Source: Squalus acanthias (taxonomy: Eukaryota). From it: a DNA stretch of 64,000 nucleotides. Position numbers and translations under genes: made by a program. The notes beneath the pieces are model-generated. The model saw only the letters and a program-made list of their open reading frames with translations, did not search any database and was not told the origin of the DNA. Location: assembly GCA_030390025.1 (NCBI GenBank), contig CM059432.1:46192001-46256000 (forward strand). Direction: 5' to 3'. Positions within the stretch are counted from its first letter, which is position 1, and every line of letters begins with the position of its first letter. Below, piece after piece: positions 13,228-25,213 of the stretch.

Positions 13228-14869
13228 ATGGAGGATAGGATTTCCTCCTAGGTGTTCAATAAGATTAACGTGTCTCAGTCATGGGTGCTGGAGATGCTGC
13301 GCTCTGAGTGTCCCCGGGATAGGGCTGCAGAGTGGACAGGTAGTAGGGATCACAGGAAGTCAAAGGAGAAAGCGATTTGGCTCCTGTGTCTGCAGAAGCA
13401 AGTTCAACTGCTCAGGGAGCAGGTTGAAAAGCTAGGGAACGAACTTAAAGAGTCTGAGGATAAGTCAGACGCGAGAGAGATAGTCGGGAGTAGACTATTA
13501 GAGGAACTGCACGAGGAAAGGCAGGAAAGACGTGCGCAAGAAGAGACCTGCCGGTAACACGGTTGAATACCTACAGTGTCAGGTTACAGAGGCCAAGGTA
13601 AACCAACAGGCCCTACGGGAAGAAAATGCGAGGCTAATAGCGACAGCTGACAGCTTGGAGGGCCAGCTAAGGGATATAAAGATAGCTTATAAAGTAGCCA
13701 GGGGTAGAGGCTATGAGGAAGCAAATCACGGACAATGTAAGGAAAGGATTCAAAAATTGACCCAAGCCTTGTCCGGAGCCAGAGGTATGGCCTGTTTAAT
13801 GTCACCTGGGGGAAACCAGGGTAGACTGGGACAAGGAGGGTCAGGAGCCTGATAATGGGGCTCAGGACAGGGAAGTCCGACCGGCGCCTGAAGCGCCACC
13901 GAGACCAATGTGGCCTCTGCGGCAGCAGAAGTTCAGTCCACCCGCACCAAACGGTGACCAGGGCCCACTGCAGAGCGATTACGTGGTCACGTACACAACC
14001 CCTCAGCTGCAAGCCATGCTATCAGGGACGCCCAAGCTCAAACGGGACGGGGACCCCTCAGTTCACTTTATGGAAGTAGAACAGGTAGGGGGGGTCAACG
14101 GATGTAGTGAGGGCGAGATCAACAGGCTGATGCTGTTTTCCCTTGACGGGGGATTGTATCAGAGCTTATCTGCAGCCACAAAGCTGGGAGGGGGCACCAC
14201 AGAGGGGTTGAAAGACGAGATCCTGAGGGCCATGGGGCATACCCAGAGTAGCCCGTTCTTACAAGTAGAACGGACCAGGCAGCTGGCCGGTGAGGCACCA
14301 GATGCATTCGCGGACAGGCTATGGCCTGTGTACGTAAAGGCAACTGGAGGGACGCTTGACCGCGCGCAGTTGATAGGGGCCCCCAGGAATCACTGGCTCA
14401 GGGTCCTTGTGGCGAACAGCTTGCCAAGGATCAGGGTCAGGGCAGAAGCGTGGTTTGACCCTGAGGACCTCGTGAATACGGAGGCAGGCATGCTCAGAAA
14501 GCTGAGTCTAGCCTTTAAGGCCGATTCTGGGGAGGTCAAATCAAAGGGAAGGGTCCACGAAATGAAAGCCAGTGAGGGTAATAGGAAGGAATGGCGACAG
14601 GAAAGGGTTAGTACCGACAAGTCCAGGACTTGTTTCGGGTGTGGGAGACGGGACACTGGAGGCGAGACTGCCCGTTCCCCAAAGGGGGGAGACCAGTCCC
14701 AGGGATCCTCCAGTGCAAACCACGTGTTACAGAGGCAGAGGGGACGACCGACGAGTCGTTCGAGCTTCTGGTGGCCGCCCTACTGAAGACTATGGGGAAG
14801 GACAAAGGCAAGTTAGACGCTGCCGTGAGCAGTGAAGCGCCTACCGCACCTGTACGCCCCCCACCCTGA
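13228..14869 (+). pseudogene. gag: E1 gag (coiled-coil N-terminus, capsid-like region, CCHC knuckle); stops and frameshifts
   Basis: ORF pieces 13252, 13532, 13908, 14630 align with E2 gag; CFGCG-x-TGHWRRDC knuckle split by a 1-nt deletion near 14647. Confidence 0.88.
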
Positions 14870-17800
14870 CTAGAACGCGCCCAGCCTGAGTACCTGTGCC
14901 TGCTCACGTACGATGAGTGGAGCAGGCCCTGTGTAAAGATGGGGGTGGAGACGGTGCAGGGGAAATATTTGGTGTGCACCGGGGCTTCCAGCACAGTGGT
15001 CCATTCAAAAAACCCGACCAATTCACCCTGGTCTAGCAGGGTCCCATTCAGGCTCGTGGGGTTCACAGCGAATGAGCAGGCTGGGGCAATCTCAAAACCC
15101 CTGGCCATAGAACTAGGATCCCTCCATATCACGTGGGAGTGTGTCCTGATGCAATGGGAACAGCCAGGATCAGGAGTCCTCGGGGCTGACTTTATGTTAG
15201 CCAGCCGAGTGATTGTGGATTTAAGGAATCACTGCCTATGGGGTGCAGCGGATTCAGATAAAGCCGAGGAGGTGCTAGTGATCCCAAGAGATAGGGAAGC
15301 AAGGGGTAGTGTGTGTACTATGAAGCCCAAGGGGAATTACGACCTAGAGCAGTTGGTCTGTAATACCCCAGCCAAGTATCAGGCGAACGTGCGGGACAAC
15401 CTCGCCGCATTCGCCACTCACAAGCACGACTGTGGCAGGGTGACAGGGGTAGAAGTCAGGGTGCAAGGGGACCCCATGTCACGGCCACAGAAACAGTACA
15501 GTTTCCCCAGAGAGGCAGAAGCCGACTTAGAGACGGCACTGGGATCCCTCGTAGAACAAGGGGTGTTGAGGCCGATAGCCACCCACGTAAACTCACCACT
15601 TTGGCCGGTTAGGAAGCCCGACCAGTCGTGGAGAGCCACCGTGGACTATCGAGTGCTCAATAAAAATATCCCAGCCTGCGCATCCACAGTCGCGGCTGTT
15701 GCTGACCTCATAGGGAGCATTCCAGTGACCACAACCACGTTCACGGTGCTGGATATCTCCAATGGGTTCTGGTCGGTTCCCCTCAAACGGAAAGACCAGT
15801 ACAAATTTGCCTTTACATTTAAAGGGCAACAGTACACCTGGACATGCCTTCCCCAGGGGTTTCACAACAGCCCCTCCATATTTCACCAGTGTATGGCCGA
15901 CGCACTCAAAGGCTTCAGCCGACCCAACCAGCTAATCCAGTATGTGGACGACTTGCTTTTGTTCTCCGCGGTGGCGGAGGAGTACAGGCCACTGCTGGAC
16001 GAGCTGTTGAGGCTGTTGCGGGAGACAGGGTTTAAAGTGAATCCAAAGAAAGCCCAGATCGGTCGGGAGGAAGTCAAATTCCTCGGGCTGACTGTGAGGG
16101 CTAGTGAGCGAGCGATAGATGAGGCAAAAAGAAAGGCAGTACAGGAGTTACCAGCTCCCAAGGATATAACAGGGTTAAGATCCTTCCTGGAACTCACAGG
16201 GTACTGCCGGGAATTCAGAGAGGGTTACGCAGCCACGGCAGCCCCTCTGCTTCGGCTCTCCGCAAGGGAGTCGGGTGGGAGTGGGACCAGAACTGCCAGG
16301 AAGCGTTCACCCGCCTCAAGGAGAATTTACAGACGGCACCCGTGTTGGGAGCCATTAACAGTAGTGAGGAATTCCTTTTGGAGGTAGCAGCCAGCGGGGA
16401 TAGCTTGAGCGCGGTGTTGCTCCAGGAGCGGCACGGCAAGCTACAACCCGCGGTCTACTCCTCAAGGGTTCTCACTGAGGTAGAAAGGGGATACTCCAAC
16501 TGCGAGAGGCATCTCCTAGCGACGCACTGGACCGTAAAGCTCTCCCAGCTCTTTACGGAATCATCCCTGATAACTTTACGAACTCACCACACCCCCACTC
16601 AGATGTTGTTAGACGGGAGGATAAAGGACGGAACAGTGAGCAGTGCCTGTATTGCTCGCTGGACTTTATTGCTCTCGCAAATGAATCTGAGAGTGCAGGG
16701 GTTGACAGAGCCAAAGCTGGCTATGAATTTAATCTACCCAGGGACTGCCCATGCGTGTACTGTAGAAGGGGTGTGGGACGTAGGTGTGGGATTCCGGGCC
16801 GGGATACACCCGACAGGCCGGGACATCTACGTAGATGGGTCCAGTTCGGTGGTGAACGGGGAGCATCTCAGCGGGTGTGGGATTTATGACCCCACAGCTA
16901 AGGTAGTGAAGGCCATTAAACTCCCCAGCACCCTGAGCGCTCAGCGCGCCGAACTGTCGGCGGTGGCGTACGTGGTTGCCCACCCCGACAAATTCCCCAC
17001 CCCCTATACCATCTGCTCGGATTCCATGTTCACCTGTAATTCATGCACGGAGTACTTGGCCATTTGGGCCAGGCGCGATTTCAAGTCCACAGATGGGAAG
17101 CCCCTAGCGACAGCACCGTTGCTAGGGAGAATTTTAAAAGTCGCGGGCACCCGGGGAGATTACTACATACACAAGGTTAAAGCCCATTCAAAGACAGAGC
17201 CCAAGTGGGAGGGCAACCAAAAGGCAGACGAGCTGGCCAAACAGGGGGCCAGGGAAGGAGTATTCTGGGATCCGTACAGAGCAGGTCTGGTAGCAGCAAT
17301 CTGGGACAAGGGAGGCACACGGGGTTAGCTTTGGCCCCGGACTTAACACAAGTCCAAGCACAGGATCCTGTACTTAAGGCCGTCCTTGTAAAAAGGGAGA
17401 ACGGCGCACCGGCAGAGGGTCCGTTCGGGGCAGTGGACATCACGGTTAAGGAAGGGATGCTTTTCAAAGGGGATCGTTGGATAGTTCCAGCACAGCACCG
17501 GGAGGAGTTCCTCCAGTTAGCCCAAGGGGGCCCGGGGGCAGGACACCCAGGCTGGAAACTACCTGGCAAAGGGTAGAGGAGGCGGGGTGGTGGCCCCATC
17601 TCAGGGAGGAAGTCAAAGAATTCTGTGCGAATTGTTTGGTGTGTGCGGCTAACAACCCCGATCCCCAGCGCAGAAAAGCCCCCATTGGACACACCAGAAG
17701 GGTAGAGGGACCATGGCGGTCCCTGCAGGTCGATTTCATCGGACCACTACCCACCACTAAAGCAGGTAGCAAGTACTGCTTAGTCCTGGTGGACGTATTC

Positions 17801-18748
17801 TCGAAGTGGTTGGAGGCCTTCCCATGCCGAGCAGCCACGGCACTAGTGACAGCTAGGATCCTGGTGAGGGAAGTATTCTCCCGATGGGGACTGCCACAGG
17901 TCGTGGAGTCCGACCAAGAGAGCCATTTCACGGGGCAGGTGATGCAGGCCACCTTAAAACTTTTGGGAATACAAGGGAAGTGGCATGTGGCTCACAACCC
18001 CCAGTCATCGAGGATTGCGGAGCGCATGAACCGGACACTGAAAAAAAGACTAAGGAAGGAGATAAGCCCGTTCCCGCAGAGATGGGACGAGGTCTTGCCT
18101 CTAGTCTTAATGGGTGTCCAGGCCAGCCCCTCCAGAAGCACAGGGTACTCTCCACATGAGCTCATAACCGGGAGGATTATGCGCACCCCAACCCACGTGT
18201 TGGCGCCGGTCCTCACCGAAGCTCAGGTCAGGGAGGTAAACCGGGACAGATTTGTCCACAATCTGTTTGACACTTTAAAACAGATTCACTGGCAGGCAGC
18301 CAGTAACCTGGGGAGCCAGCACTGAAAAAATCAGTTGTTGCTAGAGCCCCAGAGAACCCACGAGTGGAAGGTGGGAGACCAGGTAATGGTCAGGAACTAT
18401 GCCCACGTAGGGGTGTTCGAGCCACTATACATGGGGCCTCATAACATCGTAGATAAGGCGAGGCCCATGGTATATGTGGTGAGACTCCCGAAACGCATGA
18501 AATGGTATCACATCAACCAGTGCAAGTTGTTTAACCCCGAGGAGGGGAAAACAAAGGCAAGGAGAAACCAGGGCAGGATAATGAGCCTGGTGGATGCGGG
18601 TCTTCCTCCCATGGTGCGGGACGATGATGATGACCCGGAGGACGGGGCGGTAAGGAGAAGCAGTCGGGTCCCACGGCCTAGGGTGCCGTGGACGCCTCCT
18701 TACTCGCCGACCGCGAGCCACAAGAGGCCCCGGCTCGAGAGGTTTTAA
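14870..18748 (+). pseudogene. pol: E1 pol: protease, RT, RNase H tether, RNase HI, integrase; disrupted
   Basis: LVCTGAS (protease DTG mutated), LDISNGF, LPQG, YVDD, tether EVAAS...YSNCERHLLA, RNase H YVDGS/AELSA/SDS/GNQKADELA, integrase QVDFIGPL, ESDQ, ERMNRT, GPH. Confidence 0.93.
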
Positions 18749-18892
18749 CCGAGGGCACGCGATAACACGGAACGAACTATAAATATATGTAAATAACGAA
18801 AGCCAGACCTGTGGAGGAAAAACCTCTCACAGAGCGGTGTTGCTTTGTCTGTTTGTCTTAATATAGAAATCAGAAGAAACCGGAGAAGTAAA

Positions 18893-21125
18893 ATGGAGAC
18901 AACCCTAAGACTGAGCATGCTCATAATTCTGGTGGGAACGGGACACATGGAGAGAGGAGACACCGAGGTGTCCTTCCTCTACGGCTGCACAGGAGGAAAC
19001 GGACCCACCGTGACACGGGGGGGCAGGACAGGGGACACGGACGGGATGGCTGCTTACTTCCACGAGGGAAGGTGGCCGGGGTGGTTGGGGTTGAATTTGA
19101 CTAGATACTCCAACAACACCGGTTTCACATTTGGGGCAGCATCCATACCGTGTCCCAAGCTGCAGATCACAGCCACACGGGTTAGGGCGACCGAGGGGAA
19201 GCGCGTTTGTTTAAAATGTGAGGGACACATTCCCTTGGGACGGTGGTGGTGGTTGAGAAAGTTGGACCAGGCCAAGGGTAACAGATCCGCGGACTGGGAG
19301 AGACTGGGGGTCGACACGTACCGACAGATTACGGGGACGAATGGGGGAGTGGAAGTGTGCTGGAACAAGTGGTGGAAGGAGGAGCTGGGCATTTACGTGT
19401 GTGTGGGGGTCAGAACGGATCTGCCCGACGGATGTGTCGATTGCCTTTTCGCGGCAATGGCAGGACTCCGGGGCCGGGATCGGATGGGATCGGAGTTTGG
19501 ACTCCTGCGTGATCCCAGACCCTCCCAACACAGTAAATGCCACAGAACTCGTTGCACAAGAGAGGAAGCCCCTGCCCACAGCCCCACAGGCACAGGGAAC
19601 AGAAATTAGGTGTCCTGCCACCACACCGGGACCGAGAAACGGGTTAGTGTTGGTCCCAACGGGAAAGATCTTGTATCATGATGTACACTATGAGGTAGCA
19701 TCGGTCATTTTGAATTTAACCCGAGTGCAGCTGCCCCGGTGGTGTCCGGCAGAAACAGAGAGGCTTTACGAGACCTTGTTGAAAGTGATGCTCCGCCAGT
19801 TTTACGAGCTAAGTTATGAGGATGAGAGTCGGGAAGGGTTGTATACATTTAATACGAACAGTCGCGTTGGTTCGGGGAGACAGAGGAGAGGGGTGTTCAA
19901 CGATGCTGCCACAGTGTTCAGCACAGGAAAGTCTCTGATAAACAGTTTGGACGATGCACAGCTGCAGATGCAGGTCAACACTCTAGGGATCAGCTGCGAA
20001 AGATACTGCGGGAGGGTAACGAGCTAGAGGGGTCGGAGTTACGGGAGGACCAGGCTATGACCATACATTTAAAGGAGGTCATAGCCGAGCTGGAGGCGCA
20101 CGCTCAGACGATCAATAGTTTGATCAGGGAGGATCGGGATGCGTCGGCACAGGCAGCTAGAAATGATGCGTGTGTGCTGCACGGTGCGTGGCTGCTGAAC
20201 GAAGGGAGCAGTCATTTGGAGGACCTGCAGCAAGGTCGCGTCCCTTCCTGGGTTAGCAACCGGCATCTCACCGCGCTGAGCCCGTATGATAATCTGATGA
20301 GCCCGTGTCAACTCCAGCTGGCCTCAGAGGCCTACCCGGTTCTAGTTGATGGGGATCGTACTCCGAATGCTGGTAATGGGCAGGTCACAGCGGCCAGCAC
20401 TGGTATACTGGGTAGAAAACATTGGTGTCCTGAGGAACGGGGTGCACATGCGGCATAATGGGGCCCCACCGTTCGTAATAAAGTGGGAACACGCCATGAC
20501 CGGCACTGACCTCAAGGGGTGCCAGAGCAGGGGTGCGCACATGGTGTTGTGTCCCCAGCACCTGAACGCGTTCGATCGACCAGTGTGTGGGTTTGAATCG
20601 GAAAGTGCAGATCCCATCAAATGCACCATGGAGGTAATGGCCCAGGGCCACGTTCCACATCAGATAGCATCCGCGAGCAACGGGACGTACTGCGTCACGA
20701 CGAGTGTGGACCAGTATTGGGTACACCACGACACTTGGTGCCCTGTCGCTGACAAAACTTTCTGCTTCAAACCCCACACAGAGGTTCAGGTGGCGCAAGG
20801 GCGCATCATCCCCATTTCAGATTTCACCACGGTACACCTCACGGTGAGCGACACGATACAGGACCTGCAGCAATACGTAACACGGTTCAGGTATGAAATT
20901 CCTCCTCTGCCTGAACACCTCACAAAACTAATAAAGGAAGTTGAACTGTCTCAACAACACTTCTACACCCTCGAACAACGGAACAGGGAAGTGGGGGAAG
21001 AAATAGAAGAAATGGCTTCCCCGCCCTGGTGGGACTTTGATTTGAATGTCGAGATCCCTCCATGGATCCGAATAGTTTCACACACAATAGTGGTAGTACA
21101 ACTAATCATGGTGTTGTATCTGTAA
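18893..21125 (+). pseudogene. env: E1 env: signal peptide, Ig-like domain, F-like class I fusogen, TM; frameshifted
   Basis: METTLRLSMLIILVGTG signal; RQRR/GVFND cleavage site at 19878-19889; heptad region; Cys-rich region; PPWWD followed by hydrophobic TM. Confidence 0.85.
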
Positions 21126-22429
21126 AAGTTATCCTGTAAAAAGAGAAGGAAAGCACTCTGAAATCATTCGGAGGCCCTAATAAAAGGGTAACCAGGAGTT
21201 GTACTGCCTGTAAATATGGCGAATTGAATTGTTATAAGAAACGGGACCCCAGGTTTCATTGATAAGTAATGTACAGTTTGGTCGAGACCCACAATGTGCC
21301 TCCCGCAGCAGAAGACGACGAAATCCGTGATATTTCTGCTTTTGGTGACGAAATATCGAAGGGGGGAATGCAGCATCAGCTTTCTGGCCATTTTTATGAA
21401 TCATATTTTATATCCAAAACCCCAAGAAAGAACTGTACTGTTGGGTAAGCTTGTGGGAGTGGCTCAGGGAATAGGATTGCAAGCCAGGCTACCCTGACTA
21501 AGGTGCATTCATATGCAAATGAACATCTCACACTGACAGGCTGGGTGGAAGGGAACGCAGGCCGATTGACATCATCACCATCTAACATGATTACTGGGAA
21601 CAATACCCCTAGAGGTAACTCAGAGACACTATGCCCTCACATCAATAAAGCACAGTCCCAACTGAAACTGGTGGAAGGCAGGAGATGGCCAGGCCATTGT
21701 CTTCCAGGAGATAAGCCAGTTAAGCAAGTTTGGTTTGAGATTGAAACCCATTACCTGCTAATGGGGGCCATCAACTCAGGAAATGACAGACATCCAGTAA
21801 TCAGCACTCATTGTCTCTCCAGGTGCCAGGCCTGGGAGCAGGGAAATGGAATAACATTTTTCACAAAGATTTCAAAGGTCATGAGTCACTCCAGGGCCAC
21901 AGGAGGGTCCAGTCAGATCACCTGAGTCAATACATCGATCAGTATTGATGGGAGAAAAAGGTTTTGGGTACATAGGAGCCATTCGGGGGCTGCGCTCTCT
22001 CTCTCTTCTCCTCGGCGTCAATCTACAGCGAGTCTCCTGAGTGGGGCTCGGCTCAATGGAACACTGCCAGAAGCTGAGCGCTGCTCTTCATCCCTCATCA
22101 ACGGACCTCAACTCAAACTGGAACTTGGATATCACGTCGGCGGTAAGGAACCAGGAGCGAGATGTACAGGAAGAAGCTGCAAGCAAGACAACGGGCAATC
22201 GGGGTGAGCATATTGCCTGCGCCTACACATCCACAAGACCACTTAGCTGTGTGAGGGGGTGATTGTAAGTCCCAACCAAACCTTAGAGGGGTTTAGTGCT
22301 GTGGTCCTGTGTTAGTTTATTTCACGGGAGGGTTCTTTTACTAGACCGTGGTAATTTAGCACGGTATGGCTTGTTGGACAAGCCAGGGTTGTATTGTTTT
22401 GTACTGTTACGAGTGTCATTGTTAATCCT

Positions 22430-22977
22430 GATGTGGAGATGCCGGCGTTGGACTGGGGTGGACAAAAATGAGAAGTCGCACAACACCAGGTTATAGTCCA
22501 ACAGATTTATTTAATTTTACAAGCTTTCGGAGCTGTCGCTCCTTCGTCAGGTAAGTTAGCAATGAGAGAATCTCCCAGAATTCACAATTTAAACCCAGAC
22601 AAAATCTATTCACATTATTCGCTACAACAAAGAGCACAGCCAAGACAATGAGATGTGTCCCAGGGGGTCCAACGTGTCAAACCACCTGCTGGCTGCATAT
22701 CCTGTCAATTTGTGTTCTTGTGTTAGCCTTTTTAAAAAAAAAACAAAAAAAAAAAAACACCTGGGAAGACCGGCCATGATGTCAAGTCACGTTCTGTATC
22801 GTGACATGAACCCGATATCGCGATTGAGGCCATCCTCATGAGTGCGGAACTTGGCTATCAGTTTCTGCTCTATGATTTTGCGCTGTCGTGTATCTCGAAG
22901 GCCGCCTTGGAGAACGCTTACCCGCAGATCCGAGGCTGAATGCCCCTGGCTGCTGAAGTGTTGTGCGACTTCTCATT
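22430..22977 (-). mobile_element. Penelope-like element 3' fragment (GIY-YIG endonuclease C-terminus, pLTR, inverted tail)
   Basis: 12-bp TSD ATTGTTAATCCT (22418-22429 / 22978-22989); 22787..22960(-) translates HFSSQGHSASDLRVSVLQGG...EQKLIAKFRTHEDGLNRDIGF; terminal inverted copy of TGAGAAGTCGCACAACAC. Confidence 0.85.
22517..22552 (-). ncRNA. Minimal hammerhead ribozyme
   Basis: Minus strand CUGACGA-A-GGAGC-GACA-GCUCC-GAAAGCUU: both catalytic boxes, a 5-bp stem II and a palindromic short stem III. Confidence 0.75.
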
Positions 22978-23955
22978 ATTGTTAATCCTATTAAACACAA
23001 TATGGTTGAGCTCAAACGGGTGTCCGAGTCTGATCTGTCCATATAATCCCTATCGTCCAGAACTTGTAGTAAGAGGTGTGTTTTCGGTGCGCCCGAGAAA
23101 ACCACTTACACAACCGAAAACCTTATGAATGTCCTTAATAGCAACCTCACACTGCTGATTTAACAATTGATCATCTATTATCCCCAGGTCTCTTTCATGG
23201 TTCATCACCATTAACAGCTACTCCTGCACGGTATAAACATGCCAGGCCTTTCTTTACCCCAAGTGCATGACATTGCACTTCTCAATGTCAAATGATATCT
23301 GCCACAACTGTCCCATTCACGAATTTTTCTAAATCGGCCTATAATTTACTGATTTGACGTAAAGTAATTTTCACTATTCATATTTTTTTATGATCTGAAA
23401 ATTTAAGAATGGTTTTACTGAAGCCCTGCTTTGAATCATTAATGCAAATGATAACCAGCAATGGTCCTGATAAAGAGGCTTGTGCAACTCCATTCATAAC
23501 CAAGCCCCAGTCAGAACCATTCCTATTCATGACAGCCCTTTGATTATTATAACTGCCTAAAATCCTATGTGATCTAATTTTTGCTAATAGCTATCCATGC
23601 AGTACTTAATTAAACTTTGAAAGTTAAGGTATACAACATCAACCAAACTATTTTCAGCCACCATTCTGATCGATTCTAAAAGACCTCAATCAAATTAGTG
23701 AGGAAGAACATTTCCTAAAGCTATGTTGGGTATCCCTAATATCTGCTGAACCTGTCAAGTGATCATATATCACCTCCTTATGATTCTACCCAATAGTTTC
23801 CTTATGGCTATGATCACTTCTGTTTCTAATTTACGTAAATGACCTAGATTCAGAAACTTAATGCAAAGTGGTCAAATTTGCAGATAATATTAAATGAGGA
23901 GGAGTAGTGAAATTGGAAGAGGCAACTCAGGAACTACAGAATGAGTTGGACAAGA

Positions 23956-24562
23956 CATAGAAACATAGGAACAAGAGTAGGCTATTCAGACCTTCGAGCC
24001 TGTCCCGCCATTCAATTAGATCATGGCTGTCTGTATTTCACCTCCATCTACCTGCCTTTAATTGATATACCTTGATAGCCTGACCTAATAAAAATCAGTT
24101 GATTTCAGTATTGAAAATTTTAGTTGACTCAACATCCACAGCCTTTTGGGGAGAGAGTTCCAGATTTCCATACCCTTCGGGTGAAACAAATACTTCCTGA
24201 TTTCATTCTTAAATGGCCTACCTCTGAGTTTGCCTCTTGTTCTGGCTTCCCTCACCAAAGGAAATAGTGTATCTGTAACTACTGTACCAAATCCCTTTAT
24301 CATTTTAAATTAGATCATCCTTCAACCTTCTAAACTCAAGGGAATACAAGGCAAATTTATGCAACCTAGCCTCATAATTTAACACTTTAAGCCCTGGTAC
24401 CATTCTGGTGAATCTGCACTGTGCCCACTCCAAGGCCAATATATCTTTCCTGAGGTTCGGTGCTCAAAATTGAATGCAGTACTCCAGTTGGGATCTGACC
24501 AAGGCTCCGTACAATTCCAGCATCATATCCCCACTTTTGTATTCCAACAGCCTTGAGATTAA
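23956..24562 (-). mobile_element. CR1 LINE 3' fragment
   Basis: CATAGAAACATAGG tail; minus-strand LFPLV...WNSLP coding remnants. Confidence 0.8.
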
Positions 24563-25213
24563 GGCAATAGTTTATTGAGTTGTTACCACCATCAACCACC
24601 CAACTGTCCAGGTGGGACAGCAGCCATTATGAGTTATATTATCCCCTGTCCCAACCAATTTATAGACACTTGCTACATTCTGAGATAGTCTTTGAGCTCG
24701 TAACCAGTTCGAATGAAAGATATTCTCAGAAATCCTCCCAATGACTCGCAACAATCCAAAAACTTACAACCTTGCTTCTTTGTCCTTAAATATTCATGAT
24801 GCGGAGACTGGGGTGGACAAAAGTGAGAAGTCGCACAACACCAGGTTATAGTCCAAGGGGTAGAAATTAGGTCGCGCCCCATTTGGGGCGCAAATATCGT
24901 CCGAGCGCAAATATTAGCGCCTGGTGCTAATTATCGGCACTGACAGGAAACTTCACTTTTACCGCCCCGGGAGGTGAGTGGAGCGCTAAATTAGGCGCTG
25001 CACACCTCTCTTAAGGCGCAAAGGCCTAGGAGTGAGGCGCTACCTCAGCGCACGAGCGCAGCGCAGCTGCTGCCAGTTAGCGAGGGAACACAGACACACT
25101 GGCGCCGGACACTTCTTAAAGCGGGGGGGGCCACTTGCTCCCCAGCCACACCCTGCTCATTGCAGCCTTGAATCTCAGCCTGGAGAGACCTGTAATCCAT
25201 TTTGCTGCCAAGC

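Larger units (their letters stand above)
12122..23110 (+). mobile_element. Endogenous provirus E1 (lokiretrovirus-like), full length, decayed
   Basis: Two LTRs, 4-bp TSD CAAC (12118-12121 / 23111-23114), PBS-like site, gag-pol-env, PPT AAGGGGGGAA 21359-21368. Confidence 0.93.
21369..23110 (+). repeat. E1 3' LTR (contains a Penelope-like insert)
   Basis: TGCAGCA...CACTTACA, directly after the PPT and followed by TSD CAAC. Confidence 0.95.
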
